A stretch of 64,000 nucleotides of DNA from Rebecca billardiae RCC1528. Taxonomy: Eukaryota; Protista; Haptophyta. The stretch covers positions 1,798,001-1,862,000 of the forward strand of contig OZ251224.1 in NCBI GenBank assembly GCA_965240325.2, written 5' to 3'. The position numbers were made by a program, and so were the translations under genes. Below the pieces are notes generated by a model, which saw nothing but the letters and a program-made list of their open reading frames with translations, searched no databases and had not been told where the DNA came from. Of the stretch, positions 41,651 to 51,753 are shown one piece after another. Position 1 is the first letter of the stretch, and each line of letters opens with the position of its first letter.

Positions 41651-44476
41651 TCACGCCCAGCTGTAGGCGGCGCCTGGACGGCTCATGTGCCGCACCATCG
41701 TCGGCGTGAGGAAGCGCTTCTGCTGCGTCCGGCCCATGCCGTCGAGCGCGCGCATCTGCTCCGCGCCAAGCGGCTGCGCGACGCCACGGGCATTCTCTGC
41801 GCCGTGCGAGCCGCTCGCGCGCGTGACGACCGCACACCCGTGCTGCAGATTCCAGCGAAGCAACACCTGTGCGGGCGTGAGGGCGCACTCGTCGCTCACG
41901 CGCTGCACCACGGGGTGATGTAGCAGCTCCGCGGCGCCCGCTCGCCCGCCGAGCGGCATGTGCGCCATCAGCACGATGCCTCGCAGCGCGCAGAACGCGA
42001 GCAGCTCCCACTGCGGCCACAGCGGGTGCCGCTCGACCTGCACGACGGAGGGCAGCGACGGCAGCAGCTCGAGCGCGCGGGGCGTGAAGTTGCACACGCC
42101 CACGGCGCGCGCGAGCCCGTCGCGCACCGCCTCCTCCATCGCGCCCCACACGTCGCCGAGCGTGCCCGCGTCGACCGCCGCCGACGGCCAGTGCAGCAGC
42201 AGCAGGTCCAGCCGCTCGACGCCGAGCTCGTCGAGCGAGGCGCGCACGCTCGGGCGCACGGCGGCGCCTTCGGCGACGGCGAGCGGCACCTTGCCGCACA
42301 CGAAGGCGCGATCGCGGCCGAAGGCGCTCAGCACCGCACGCACCGCCGCGCCGTTCTTGTACGTGGGCGCGGTGTCGAGGAGCACCGCGCGGCCGGGCGC
42401 GGTCGCCTCGCACGCGGCCAGGCACTGCGCAAGGTGAGCGCGCACAGCCGCCTGGCTCAGCTCGAAGGTGCCGAGGCCGAACGGCGGCATGTCCACGCGC
42501 GCGCGCGCCGCTCCGCGTGCGCGCAGCTCCAGAGCGCGCGAGGGCCCGAAGCCGTGCGCGCGCGCGCTCGGCTGCCCTCCCGCCGGCGCCGAGCGCAGCA
42601 CGCCGCGCGCGTACAGCTGCGCGAGCGAGTCCACCTGCTCAGGCTCGGCGCACAGCGTGACCACGTCGATGCCCTCCGCAGACGCCTCGGGCAGGACGAA
42701 GTCGCGCTGCATGCGCTGTAGAATGGGGATGCCGTGCACGCCCTGCACGCCTGCAGGGTGCTCGGTGCGCTCGAGCACGCGCTGCTTGCACACGGCCGCC
42801 TCCGTCCTGAGCACAGCCACGTGCACGGCCGCGCGCGCCTGCCGGCCGAGCCGCACAAAGTGTGCGCGCTGCTCGGGCGTGAGGTGCGTGCGGTCGACGA
42901 CGACGTTGTGGCCGTCGGCGAGCGCCGCGAGCGCGGCTGCCTCGACGGCCTCGCGCTTGCGCCCAGGCGCTGTGTCCTGGCAGACCACGCGCCACGGCAT
43001 CGCCTCGGCCGCACCGTCGCCATCGCCGCCGCTCAGCGTCGCGTGCCTCTGCAGCCGCTCACAGAAGGTCGACTTGCCTGAGCCCGGCGCGCCGCACAGC
43101 AGCAGCACGATCGGCCCGGCGGCGTGGCCAGCTCGCAGCTCGGCCACGCGCCAGAGCTCGCCGGCGTCGCCCGCGAGCGCGCTCGACGGCGCGCCGCCCT
43201 CAGCCGAGAAGGCGCCCCAGCCGCCGCCGACGCTCTCGGCAGCAGCGCCAAAGCCGCCAAAGAAGCTCTCAGGCGTTTCAAAGCGCAGGCCTGCCTTCGA
43301 GGCAAACTCCTTGTCGACGCTGTCAAAGTCGCCGGCGCGCCCGGCCGCATCGCCGACGTAGAAGCTGCGCGCCTTGTCGACGGGCCTGCCACCCAGGCAC
43401 GCGCGCTCCACGTACTCGAACATCCCGCCGTCGGGCTTGCGGTACCGCGATCCTTTCTTCCCCGTCGCGGCGAGCATGACCAGAGGCGCGGGTGAGAGCG
43501 CTGTCGCGAGCCGCGCGATCACGTCCTTCACCCTGGCTGCTGTCTTGCCCGCGAAGGCTGTCTTGATGCCGCCCTGGTTGGAGAAGACGCACAGCTGGTG
43601 CCCTTGCGCGTGCAGCGCGCGCAGCCGCTCGACGACCACGCTCGGCAGCTCGTAGTGCTCCACGGCGCTCGGGAAGCGCACATGGCTCGCCCAGCGGAGC
43701 AGCGTGTTGTCCAGGTCAAAGCACGCGAGCGCGACGGCCTCGCCCGCCGCGAGTGCCGGCTGCTCCTGCGCGCGCATCACGAGCAGCTCGTCGTGGTGGA
43801 CGGACCAGCGCAGGCTGCACGGCTTGATCTTGCTCAGCTTCGTGAACTCGACCGCAGCCGGGGCCGAGGGAGCAGGAGCAGCCGGTGCGCATTCTTCTGA
43901 AGCGTCCGCGCACGCGCCGACAGGCGCGCTCGGCTGCGTGGCCGTTGGGACGCTGCTTGCAGTTGCCGGTGCGGTGCTGCCGGCCGGCGCGTGCGCGGAC
44001 GGCGCGGTGCTTTGCGCAGTCGCCGGTGGAGTACACGAGGCCGGCTCGTCCATCGCGGCTTCGCTGGCAGCAGCCGGTGCGCTGCCGACAGGCCGCCGCC
44101 GCTTAGCCGGCCTCGTGTCGTCCTCCATGCACACCCGGACCATCCCCTCCTTCTTACCACCCGTCAGCCCGATGCCGTCGCCGTCCGCGAGCGAGCACTT
44201 CTCGCCTCGCACGAGCTTCTGCCCCTTCTGCGAGCCGCCGATGTGAAAAGAAGGGCCAGGCGCAAACGCAATGTGTGTGTGGTTTGTGTCGGACAGGGAT
44301 TCACAGGTCACCGTGCAGCCGTCTTCCGAGACGGTCACGGCCGCCTGCTCGCGACTGACGAAGCACGCCAGTACAGCCGGCGCGTCTTTGCGCCCGAGGA
44401 TCGTCGTCTCGCCCGCGCTCAGCCAGCGCTCCCGTCCGCTCGGTAGCGTGAGGCGTGTGCGTCGCGGCTCTGCCAT
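41651..44476 (-). CDS. PNKP: Polynucleotide kinase 3'-phosphatase-like protein (FHA + HAD phosphatase + P-loop kinase) fused to a C-terminal aldo/keto reductase
   Basis: FHA ILGR...VSREQA...SDTNHT; FDLDNTL, FSNQGGI, YRKP, FYVGDAAGR; LCGAPGSGKST, VVVDRT; AKR MPPFGLGT, DTAPTY, LLLHWP, VGVCNF, VQVERHP, TPAQVLLRW. One continuous ORF. Confidence 0.9.
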   Translation of the reverse strand: MAEPRRTRLTLPSGRERWLSAGETTILGRKDAPAVLACFVSREQAAVTVSEDGCTVTCESLSDTNHTHIAFAPGPSFHIGGSQKGQKLVRGEKCSLADGDGIGLTGGKKEGMVRVCMEDDTRPAKRRRPVGSAPAAASEAAMDEPASCTPPATAQSTAPSAHAPAGSTAPATASSVPTATQPSAPVGACADASEECAPAAPAPSAPAAVEFTKLSKIKPCSLRWSVHHDELLVMRAQEQPALAAGEAVALACFDLDNTLLRWASHVRFPSAVEHYELPSVVVERLRALHAQGHQLCVFSNQGGIKTAFAGKTAARVKDVIARLATALSPAPLVMLAATGKKGSRYRKPDGGMFEYVERACLGGRPVDKARSFYVGDAAGRAGDFDSVDKEFASKAGLRFETPESFFGGFGAAAESVGGGWGAFSAEGGAPSSALAGDAGELWRVAELRAGHAAGPIVLLLCGAPGSGKSTFCERLQRHATLSGGDGDGAAEAMPWRVVCQDTAPGRKREAVEAAALAALADGHNVVVDRTHLTPEQRAHFVRLGRQARAAVHVAVLRTEAAVCKQRVLERTEHPAGVQGVHGIPILQRMQRDFVLPEASAEGIDVVTLCAEPEQVDSLAQLYARGVLRSAPAGGQPSARAHGFGPSRALELRARGAARARVDMPPFGLGTFELSQAAVRAHLAQCLAACEATAPGRAVLLDTAPTYKNGAAVRAVLSAFGRDRAFVCGKVPLAVAEGAAVRPSVRASLDELGVERLDLLLLHWPSAAVDAGTLGDVWGAMEEAVRDGLARAVGVCNFTPRALELLPSLPSVVQVERHPLWPQWELLAFCALRGIVLMAHMPLGGRAGAAELLHHPVVQRVSDECALTPAQVLLRWNLQHGCAVVTRASGSHGAENARGVAQPLGAEQMRALDGMGRTQQKRFLTPTMVRHMSRPGAAYSWA

Positions 44477-44599
44477 CCCCGAACTTTTCGACCTCTCTCC
44501 GACTGTCATCGCCAAAGAAATATCGCCGCGTCTCGATCGTCGCGTCATTGCAGATCGAGCTTTCGCTCGCGCTCACGGCGCTGCCCGTTGCGCGGCGAA

Positions 44600-45739
44600 A
44601 TGCCGTCCTCGGAGGAGACGCGTGAGTTGTTCCTTGGCGAGGGCGAGGACGAGCTCTCGAATATCAGTGAGTACCAGCATCGAGTACGTCTGGCGCTCTC
44701 GCGCATGCGCCGCGCCAACGACCTGCTCGACGCGTGGGATCGGCCTGCAAATGTCAAGTTCGCGCCTCCCAAGGCCGAGTTGGAGCGCGCGCGCGCGTCC
44801 TTGCGCAAGGCAAAGGAGGACATCGTCGAGGCGGCGCGCGGCATCATCGCCATGCGCGAGGGTAAGCACACGCCGGTTCCTTGCGGCGAGCAAGGCGTGG
44901 ACGCGGAGGACATCTTCTGCTCTTCGTGCGGCTCGTATGAGTCAAGCGATGGCAACGACATCTTGCTATGTGACGCCGCTGGCTGCAATCACGCCTATCA
45001 CCAGCAGTGCGTGACTCCGCCGGTCGGCGCCGAGGAGATGGAGACGGATGACTGGTTCTGCCCCGTGTGCGTCGCGCTCGGCGGCATTCTCGACGGCGTC
45101 AACGAGTACTGTGAGCGCGACTACGAGTCGATTGACCAGCTCTTCCCAGAGCTCACCGCTGAGGAGGGCTGTGGCGATGAGGAGGAGGGGTACGACGAAG
45201 CCGAGGATGACGACTACGTGGACTCCGAGCGCGACAGCGAACCGTCTGAGGGGAAAGACGCCGATGATGACGACGACGACAGCGACGCCAGCAGTGGCTC
45301 AGGCGGCAGTGACGATGATGAGGCGGCAGGCGCCAAGAGGGATGCCGAGCCCAACAGCGCAGATGAGGAGCCACTGCAGCCGAGGCGCAAGCGCGTGGAC
45401 TACGCTGCGCTCGCCGCAGAGCTTTTCGGCGGCGAGGAGGACGAAGATGCAGATCCGGAGAAAGATGCGGACTTTCAGCTCACGCGAAAGCCTCGCAAGC
45501 CTCGCAAGCCATCTGAGCCCGCAGCAGCTGCGGCTGCGCCTCGCGCAAAGCGAGCAAAGGCAGCGCCTCCCCCTGCGACGGCCGTGGGCAACGGCACGGG
45601 CCAGCTGGCCGCCTTGCGCGCGACAGGACGCAGCGATCCACCCAGCCCGAAAGGACCCCACCATGATGGGCCGCCATCCGCCTCTCCTAGCCCGAGGCAG
45701 CGATCGCCGTCTCGGCAGCGTCGGTCCCGCAAGAGCTGA
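44600..45739 (+). CDS. PHD-finger protein resembling the N-terminal part of plant PRH/HAT3.1; no homeodomain seen
   Basis: ELERARASL...EDIFCSSCGS...NDILLCDAAGCNHAYHQQCVTPP...WFCPVC, followed by an acidic tract and RKRVDY. Confidence 0.85.
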   Translation: MPSSEETRELFLGEGEDELSNISEYQHRVRLALSRMRRANDLLDAWDRPANVKFAPPKAELERARASLRKAKEDIVEAARGIIAMREGKHTPVPCGEQGVDAEDIFCSSCGSYESSDGNDILLCDAAGCNHAYHQQCVTPPVGAEEMETDDWFCPVCVALGGILDGVNEYCERDYESIDQLFPELTAEEGCGDEEEGYDEAEDDDYVDSERDSEPSEGKDADDDDDDSDASSGSGGSDDDEAAGAKRDAEPNSADEEPLQPRRKRVDYAALAAELFGGEEDEDADPEKDADFQLTRKPRKPRKPSEPAAAAAAPRAKRAKAAPPPATAVGNGTGQLAALRATGRSDPPSPKGPHHDGPPSASPSPRQRSPSRQRRSRKS

Positions 45740-47125
45740 TTCAAGATTTATCAGAATCGTCATCAGATGGATCCTCGTCATCGATAGCAGCCAGGCGTAC
45801 ATGCTGAGCTTATCGGGCATCGCCGTCACTCGTCACTACATATTGCCGACGACGTCGTCGTCGTCGTCGTCAGTCGTCGTGAGGTAGTACTAGTAACTAG
45901 TAGGTACTGGTACCGACGTCGTGAATGACTGAATGTGATCGGGCGCATATATATATATATATATAATAAGCGCATTAAGCAGCGCTATATACCTTATACA
46001 TCAGCGCACTAGATATTCTGCTCAGGGGTATAACTTTGCGGTGGGCCTAGTCCGCCTAGTGAGTTGACAGAATTTGGGGATCCATGTCGGCATCGGCGGC
46101 CCAGTGAATAGTGATCGATCGGTCGCCACTGAGCGGTCGCCGCTCAACTGATCCGAGCAGCGCGTCATCAGACGGCGGCGTCAGTCATTGCCGACGTCAT
46201 CAGCAATCGGACTCGGTCATCACCATCGGACGGACATTAATCATCATAATTTCATGCATCCGCGCATATACTCGAGCAGAGCTCTGCTCGACAGACCTCG
46301 ACGACTACTCTGAAATTCTCTTAATTTGTAATTTATTTTAAACTGAACCGATCATCCGCGCCGATCACTGTGTCGCTGATGACTGAATTCACTGATGACT
46401 GCCTCACTGACTCTATCAAGCTCCGATCTTGAGTGATGAGACATGAATTATAGTGTCAGAGCCAGACCGGGCATCACGCCATCACGGGCATCAGACATGT
46501 ATCTGCGCCGTGCGCGCGCGCGCGCGCGCGCGCTCGGGGGGTGGGGGGCGTCAAGTGCCAGCTCTGAGTCGGGCATCATTCATCATTATCAAGCTTCAAG
46601 GTCAAGCAGTAAGGACGCGTGCGTAATAATCGAGTCTAGCTAAGCTAATACGGTAGTACTAGTAGCTTACTGATGCTGAATAAAATAAGCGCGCCTGGCC
46701 CTCACTCTCTCTCGCTCTCTCTCTCTCTACGTATTACGCTTCAAGAGTATTTACTGAGTAAGCAGGTTGCGTGCGGCTAACTACGTAGCTAGTAGTGACG
46801 ACGTCTACTGGCTTGAGCTAGCTACGACGGTGACTGATAGTGATAGTACCGCTCTGAGGACCGGCACTCACGGCAGACCGTCGGGCAGTCGGACTATACG
46901 TATATACTCGCGGACTGACTGCGAGAATGCGACTGCGTGGCATCCTCATCAAGTAGTAACGTTACCGCCGCGCCGGCATCAGCCGCATTATCATCAGGCT
47001 GTCAATTTCGAGATTTCGGGCGGACGAGATTAATTCATAATTGTGTCACTCGGGAGTGTAACGGTCGGAGCTCTGACCCCACTAGAGGCCCATCAGGATC
47101 ATCATTGGCGCATCATCATAGCGCA

Positions 47126-48787
47126 TTAGCCATCAGTAGCAGTCGTGAGCAACGCGGACGGAATCAAAGCATCGGCACCGGCGCGAGGCGTGGCGGCTGC
47201 CGAAGCCGCGGTCGCTGGGGTCAGCGCGACTGGCCTCGGCGTCGGCGCGTCCGCCGACAACGCCGCCATACTGGCTGACTTTGGATCACCAGTGCGAAGC
47301 TCAGCGTCAGCGGCAGTGACCCTACCGCTGGCACCGGGAAGGGCGCGCGGTGCTTCCGCCGGTGGCCGCGCTACGACGGACGCCGCTGGCTGGCCCGTGG
47401 CCGAGCCTTGCAGCTGGGGTTGTGCGCCCGCGGGCTGAGCGTGCTTGGAGGGATCCAGAAACTCGCCGTGCAGGTCGGCGAACTCGGGGAAGTCGATGAG
47501 CTCACCGTCCAGATCGTCCGCCTCGGCCGCTGCCCCGCGCCGCCTGTGCAGCGCGAGTACGACGTCCTCTGTGGCGCGCACCCCCAGCCGCGCGAGCGCT
47601 GCCACCGCCTGTGCCGGCGTGAGCAGCCCGGACGCGTCGCTGTCAAACTCCTCAAAGGTGAGGAGCAGCCGGCGAGCTGGGCCGTCCCGCGGCTGGAAGA
47701 GGCGGCGGCACCGAGAGCACAGCGCAACAAACTCCGCAAAGTCGAGCGAGTCGAGCGAGACGTCTTTATCCTGCTCGCGGAAGAGGCGCAGGCTCGCCGC
47801 GGTGACCGGCAGCTCGAGTGCCTTGAACGCGAGCACGAGCTCGGAGAGGCTGACGCTGCCGGAGCCGTCGCGGTCTGCGGCGCGGAATGCGTCCACGAGG
47901 GCCTCGGGGCTCAGCTCCACGCCGCGATCCGCAAGCCGACGCGCCGCGTGCGCTCGTGCGCGCTGCTGCTGCCACTCGGTCGGCCGATCGATGCCGCACA
48001 GCTTGAGCACGGCCGAGGGCTCGTGGCTGTGCGCCATCACGTCCACTGTCGCGTTGGCGCGCACCACCTCGCCGCTCGCCATGGAGTAGACGATGAGGGA
48101 GGGGACGCCGCGCACGCGGAGCGCCGAGAAGACACGCTCGCACGCCTCGTACGGCACCGTCGCCCAGCCCTCGGGCAGCGCCGCCTGGAAGGTCGCGCAC
48201 ACGCTCTCGTACTCAGCCTTGGAGTCGGCGAGCACGACTGCGACGATCGCCATGTCCTGCGCGAGCCCGTGCGCGCAGCACCGCTTGAGGCGCTCGACCA
48301 GAGCGCAGGAAGGCGCGCTCCAACCCGCGCAGAAAAGCAAGCCCACGAGCCGCTCAGCACGACCGGCCATCACGGCTGTAGTCGGGCGCGTGCTCCCACC
48401 GACGACCAACTTCGTGCCGAGCAGCTCTGTCGCCCATGCCGGCGCCGGCACGATGGCGCGCTGCGGCTCCGCCGGAGAAGGCCACGGCGCGAGCGCGCCG
48501 GACGCGTCGCTCGGTCCACAGGCAAAGCCTGTGCGCGTGATCCGAGCGGACAACGTGCCGCGGAGTGTCGAGCCAGGGGCACCATTGGCCGACACATGGA
48601 CGCCATCCGTACCCTCAGCCTTCATGACGAGGAAGTGACGCCCGCACTGCAGCGTGAACGACCGGCCTGAGTACCGCCGCACGACCTCGTCCGCTCGGAT
48701 GCTCTCGCCATTCACCAGCAGGCTGAGCTCGGACGAGAGCGACGTGAGCGTCCAGCGAGACATCCGGCTCCCCGGCGGCGCGGCCAT
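47126..48787 (-). CDS. Nucleoredoxin/thioredoxin-like domain plus EF-hand protein
   Basis: LVGLLFCAGWSAPS...WATVPY...VRGVPSLIV; EF loops DRDGSGSVSLSE and DSDASGLLTPAQ. Start uncertain (48787 or upstream). Confidence 0.8.
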   Translation of the reverse strand: MAAPPGSRMSRWTLTSLSSELSLLVNGESIRADEVVRRYSGRSFTLQCGRHFLVMKAEGTDGVHVSANGAPGSTLRGTLSARITRTGFACGPSDASGALAPWPSPAEPQRAIVPAPAWATELLGTKLVVGGSTRPTTAVMAGRAERLVGLLFCAGWSAPSCALVERLKRCCAHGLAQDMAIVAVVLADSKAEYESVCATFQAALPEGWATVPYEACERVFSALRVRGVPSLIVYSMASGEVVRANATVDVMAHSHEPSAVLKLCGIDRPTEWQQQRARAHAARRLADRGVELSPEALVDAFRAADRDGSGSVSLSELVLAFKALELPVTAASLRLFREQDKDVSLDSLDFAEFVALCSRCRRLFQPRDGPARRLLLTFEEFDSDASGLLTPAQAVAALARLGVRATEDVVLALHRRRGAAAEADDLDGELIDFPEFADLHGEFLDPSKHAQPAGAQPQLQGSATGQPAASVVARPPAEAPRALPGASGRVTAADAELRTGDPKSASMAALSADAPTPRPVALTPATAASAAATPRAGADALIPSALLTTATDG

Positions 48788-49116
48788 TTCTGTTGGGGCC
48801 GACCTGCGGCGGTCTGCTTGTGCTTTTTGAATTTCCCTGCTGATTGCAGGCCGACGGAGGACTGGGCCTGGTGAGCAGCCGGGCGGCCACAGCCTCACAG
48901 GTGCAGGTGTTCCGGACATTAGCTCTGAGTGACAATGTGACATGACGAGGATTGAGTCGGCCCTCAGCAAACTGTCAGTCTGTCACGAGTACGCATGCAG
49001 CGGCATGCTGCTCCACACTGCAAGCAGTACTGTATGGCGTAAAGCAGTGTGGCGTAACGCTGATGAACTCTGAAGCCCAAGCAATGACCAGTGCAAGACT
49101 GCGTGCTGTACAGTAG

Positions 49117-50043
49117 TCACTGAGTGTAGACCGACACACTCATCGCGTCTGGTTGCTCCGGCCGGTACTCGAAGGAGCAGTCGACCAGCCGTGTCCGCCA
49201 ATGGCGCGACACGTACTCGTCTCTGCGCTCACTGCGCGTGAGCGGGAACTCGGGGTCGCACTCAAGATCCCACCCAGGCCACGGCGCTACGTTGAGGTAC
49301 TCGAGCAGCGCAGGCGCGCCCGGGCACACGATGTTGTCCGCCACGACGACGGAGCCTGTGCGGAGCATGCGCAGCTTCTCGAGGCGGCGGAGGTCCGGCG
49401 CGTACTCCGGCTTCCAGTGGTCTAGCAGCACAAAGTCGAACGGCATGCGGTGGCGCTGCTTGATGCGCGCAAGCTCGTCGGCGGAGCTCCCGACCACCAG
49501 TTCGATCCGGTCCATGTCCACGCCCGCAAATGTGAGCAGCGAGCGGGCGACCGCCGCAGTGCGTGGGTCCTTCTCGATGGTCACGAAGAGAGCGTCCTCG
49601 GGTAGGGCACGAAGCATTCGCATCGCCGAGTACCCGCAGAACGTGCCTACCTCGAGGACGGCGCGCGGCTGCTGCTCGCGCACGAGGCCTTCGAGGATCC
49701 CGCCCTTCTCGCCGCCGACGCTCATCATCCACCGGCCCCAGCCGTCAATCTTGTTCTCGCCGTCCGGGGAGGAGTACGAGTCCATGGTCTCGATCACTGA
49801 CGTGATATTGTTTCGCTCGGCGTACTGCTCCACGTACGCGAGCAGGTCCTCCACCCGGCTATACTGCGTCGCTCCTGTTGCAAATGCTCGCTCCGCGGGC
49901 GCCAGCCGCTTCAGGACGAGCGCCGATGCAGCGCCCACGGCAACGCGCCTGGTGAGCACGCCGCAGGCACGTGGCAGGCCCCAGCTGCCAAGGAGAAGCA
50001 CGAGCGCTCCTAGGGCGGGGGGGGGCGACGGCCTGCTCCCCAT
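49117..50043 (-). CDS. Catechol O-methyltransferase-like protein with N-terminal targeting sequence
   Basis: WMMSVGGEKG, VLEVGTFCGYSA, FDFVLLDHWK..Y and VVVADNIVCPGAP are COMT-family motifs. Confidence 0.9.
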   Translation of the reverse strand: MGSRPSPPPALGALVLLLGSWGLPRACGVLTRRVAVGAASALVLKRLAPAERAFATGATQYSRVEDLLAYVEQYAERNNITSVIETMDSYSSPDGENKIDGWGRWMMSVGGEKGGILEGLVREQQPRAVLEVGTFCGYSAMRMLRALPEDALFVTIEKDPRTAAVARSLLTFAGVDMDRIELVVGSSADELARIKQRHRMPFDFVLLDHWKPEYAPDLRRLEKLRMLRTGSVVVADNIVCPGAPALLEYLNVAPWPGWDLECDPEFPLTRSERRDEYVSRHWRTRLVDCSFEYRPEQPDAMSVSVYTQ

Positions 50044-50217
50044 CGCACGGCGCCTGCGGGACGTGCTGCGCGCAGGCGCCGGCAGTCTCGTCGATCGGCG
50101 ATCACTGACCAGTGGCAGTGGCGGGCGTGGCAGGCAGTCCGCTGTGCACAGCAGCCGGCCGGGGGGCGAGCGGGCGGGCGTTGAAGCACCGACGAAAGCT
50201 TGGCGGCGACGAGCAGC

Positions 50218-51753
50218 ATGGAGCTTCTTGGCGCGCCCCCGGAGGTTGTCGTCGTCGGCACGTGCACGGCCATGTGCTCGGCGCGCGAGCTGGCCGAGAG
50301 GCAGTCGTTCATGGAGATCAACCCTCTCGAGGCCGAGCCCGGCACCGAGGGATGGCGCCACCCCAAGGGCTCGCCGGCGCTCGCTGTGAAGCGTTACGCA
50401 CGGCCGGCGGCTGGACGCGCGCTGCCGTCAGCCGAGGAGGTGCGCCCGCTGGACGTGCTCCGGCGCACGACAGAGCACCTGATCTCCCTGGTCGATAACC
50501 CGTACGCCGGCACCTATGCCTTCGTCGCCGATCGGCTCCGGGCCGTTGTGCAGGACCTGGTCGTGCAGGACATTCACGACGTGCGCGCCGCGTGGATCTA
50601 CGAACGGGTCGTGCGCTTCCATGCGCTTTCGGCGCTGCGCCACGCGATGGAGGAGGACGGCAAGGCCTCGGGCTTCTCCGCCTATCACAATCACGAGCTC
50701 ATGAGCAAGGCACTCGTCAGCCTCGCGCACATCTATGCGCATGCCGGCAACGACGGTGGTGGCGGCGGCGGCGGTGGAGGCGGCGGCGCCACTCGAGCCG
50801 ACTTTCACGCCTTCTACTTGCTGATGCACGCGTCTGACCCGCTGCTCGCGGCGAGCCACGTGCGCACGCTGCCGCCAAAGCTGCAGCGCTCGCGCCCGGT
50901 CATGCACGCCCTTGCTGTGCTCCGCGCGGCTGGCTCTGGCGACGGCCTCGGCATGCTTCAGCTCATCCACACGCTGCCCCTCGCGCCCCTGGGCTGCGCG
51001 CTGCACGCCGTGCCGCGCGCGCGCGAGCTGGGCGTGGCGGCGATGCGTCGCACGTACCTCAAGCAGGAGGCGCTCCCCGCGTCGTGGCTGTGCTCGCTCC
51101 TCTCGCTGCCGGCCGACCCGGCCGCGGCGCGCCAGGCCTGCGCCGCGCACGGGCTCGAGCTGGTGGAGCCAGCGGAGGGGAAGGAGGCGAGCCTGGAGCA
51201 GCTGGCCGTGCGGACCACGCCCGCACCGCCCCCCGCGCCCGCTCAGAAGCCCGCGGACAAGGCGGGCGCGACCGCGCCGAAGTCCAAGGGCGCCTCGGCG
51301 CTTGCTCTTATGCACACGCCCGCCCTCGCGGAGTGGCGGGCCGAGGGCTGCAAGATGGCGCCACTTTTGGCGCATGACGAGTCAGCGTGGCCGCAGCCAC
51401 CGCCCGGCGCGGCGGACGGTGGGCAGGCGCCCGCCGATCCGGCCGAGGGCGCTGGAGGTGACGACGAGCTCCTCGCGCTAATGGGCACGCTGCGCCAGCA
51501 GATCAACGCATCGCCCGACTTCCTGCGTGACAACCCGCCGACTGGCCAGAGCATCTTCACCATGGCAGGCGCCGCGGCGGATGGGGGCAGTGCAGGCGAC
51601 GCGAGCGGCGACGATAACTCGTCGGAGCTCGCCACCGCCCTCAAAGACATGCTGAGCATGCTCGGCGGGGCAGACGCCGGCGCCGGGCCGAGCACAGAGG
51701 GCGCCGGCTTTTCGCCCGCCCCGGCAGCTGATGCAACGACAGTGCCCGTGTAG
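50218..51753 (+). CDS. SAC3/GANP domain protein (short, SAC3D1-like)
   Basis: VVGTCTAMCS..E, AVKRYARPAAG, VRPLDVLRRT, YAFVADRLRAVVQDLVVQ, YERVVRFH. Confidence 0.88.
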   Translation: MELLGAPPEVVVVGTCTAMCSARELAERQSFMEINPLEAEPGTEGWRHPKGSPALAVKRYARPAAGRALPSAEEVRPLDVLRRTTEHLISLVDNPYAGTYAFVADRLRAVVQDLVVQDIHDVRAAWIYERVVRFHALSALRHAMEEDGKASGFSAYHNHELMSKALVSLAHIYAHAGNDGGGGGGGGGGGATRADFHAFYLLMHASDPLLAASHVRTLPPKLQRSRPVMHALAVLRAAGSGDGLGMLQLIHTLPLAPLGCALHAVPRARELGVAAMRRTYLKQEALPASWLCSLLSLPADPAAARQACAAHGLELVEPAEGKEASLEQLAVRTTPAPPPAPAQKPADKAGATAPKSKGASALALMHTPALAEWRAEGCKMAPLLAHDESAWPQPPPGAADGGQAPADPAEGAGGDDELLALMGTLRQQINASPDFLRDNPPTGQSIFTMAGAAADGGSAGDASGDDNSSELATALKDMLSMLGGADAGAGPSTEGAGFSPAPAADATTVPV

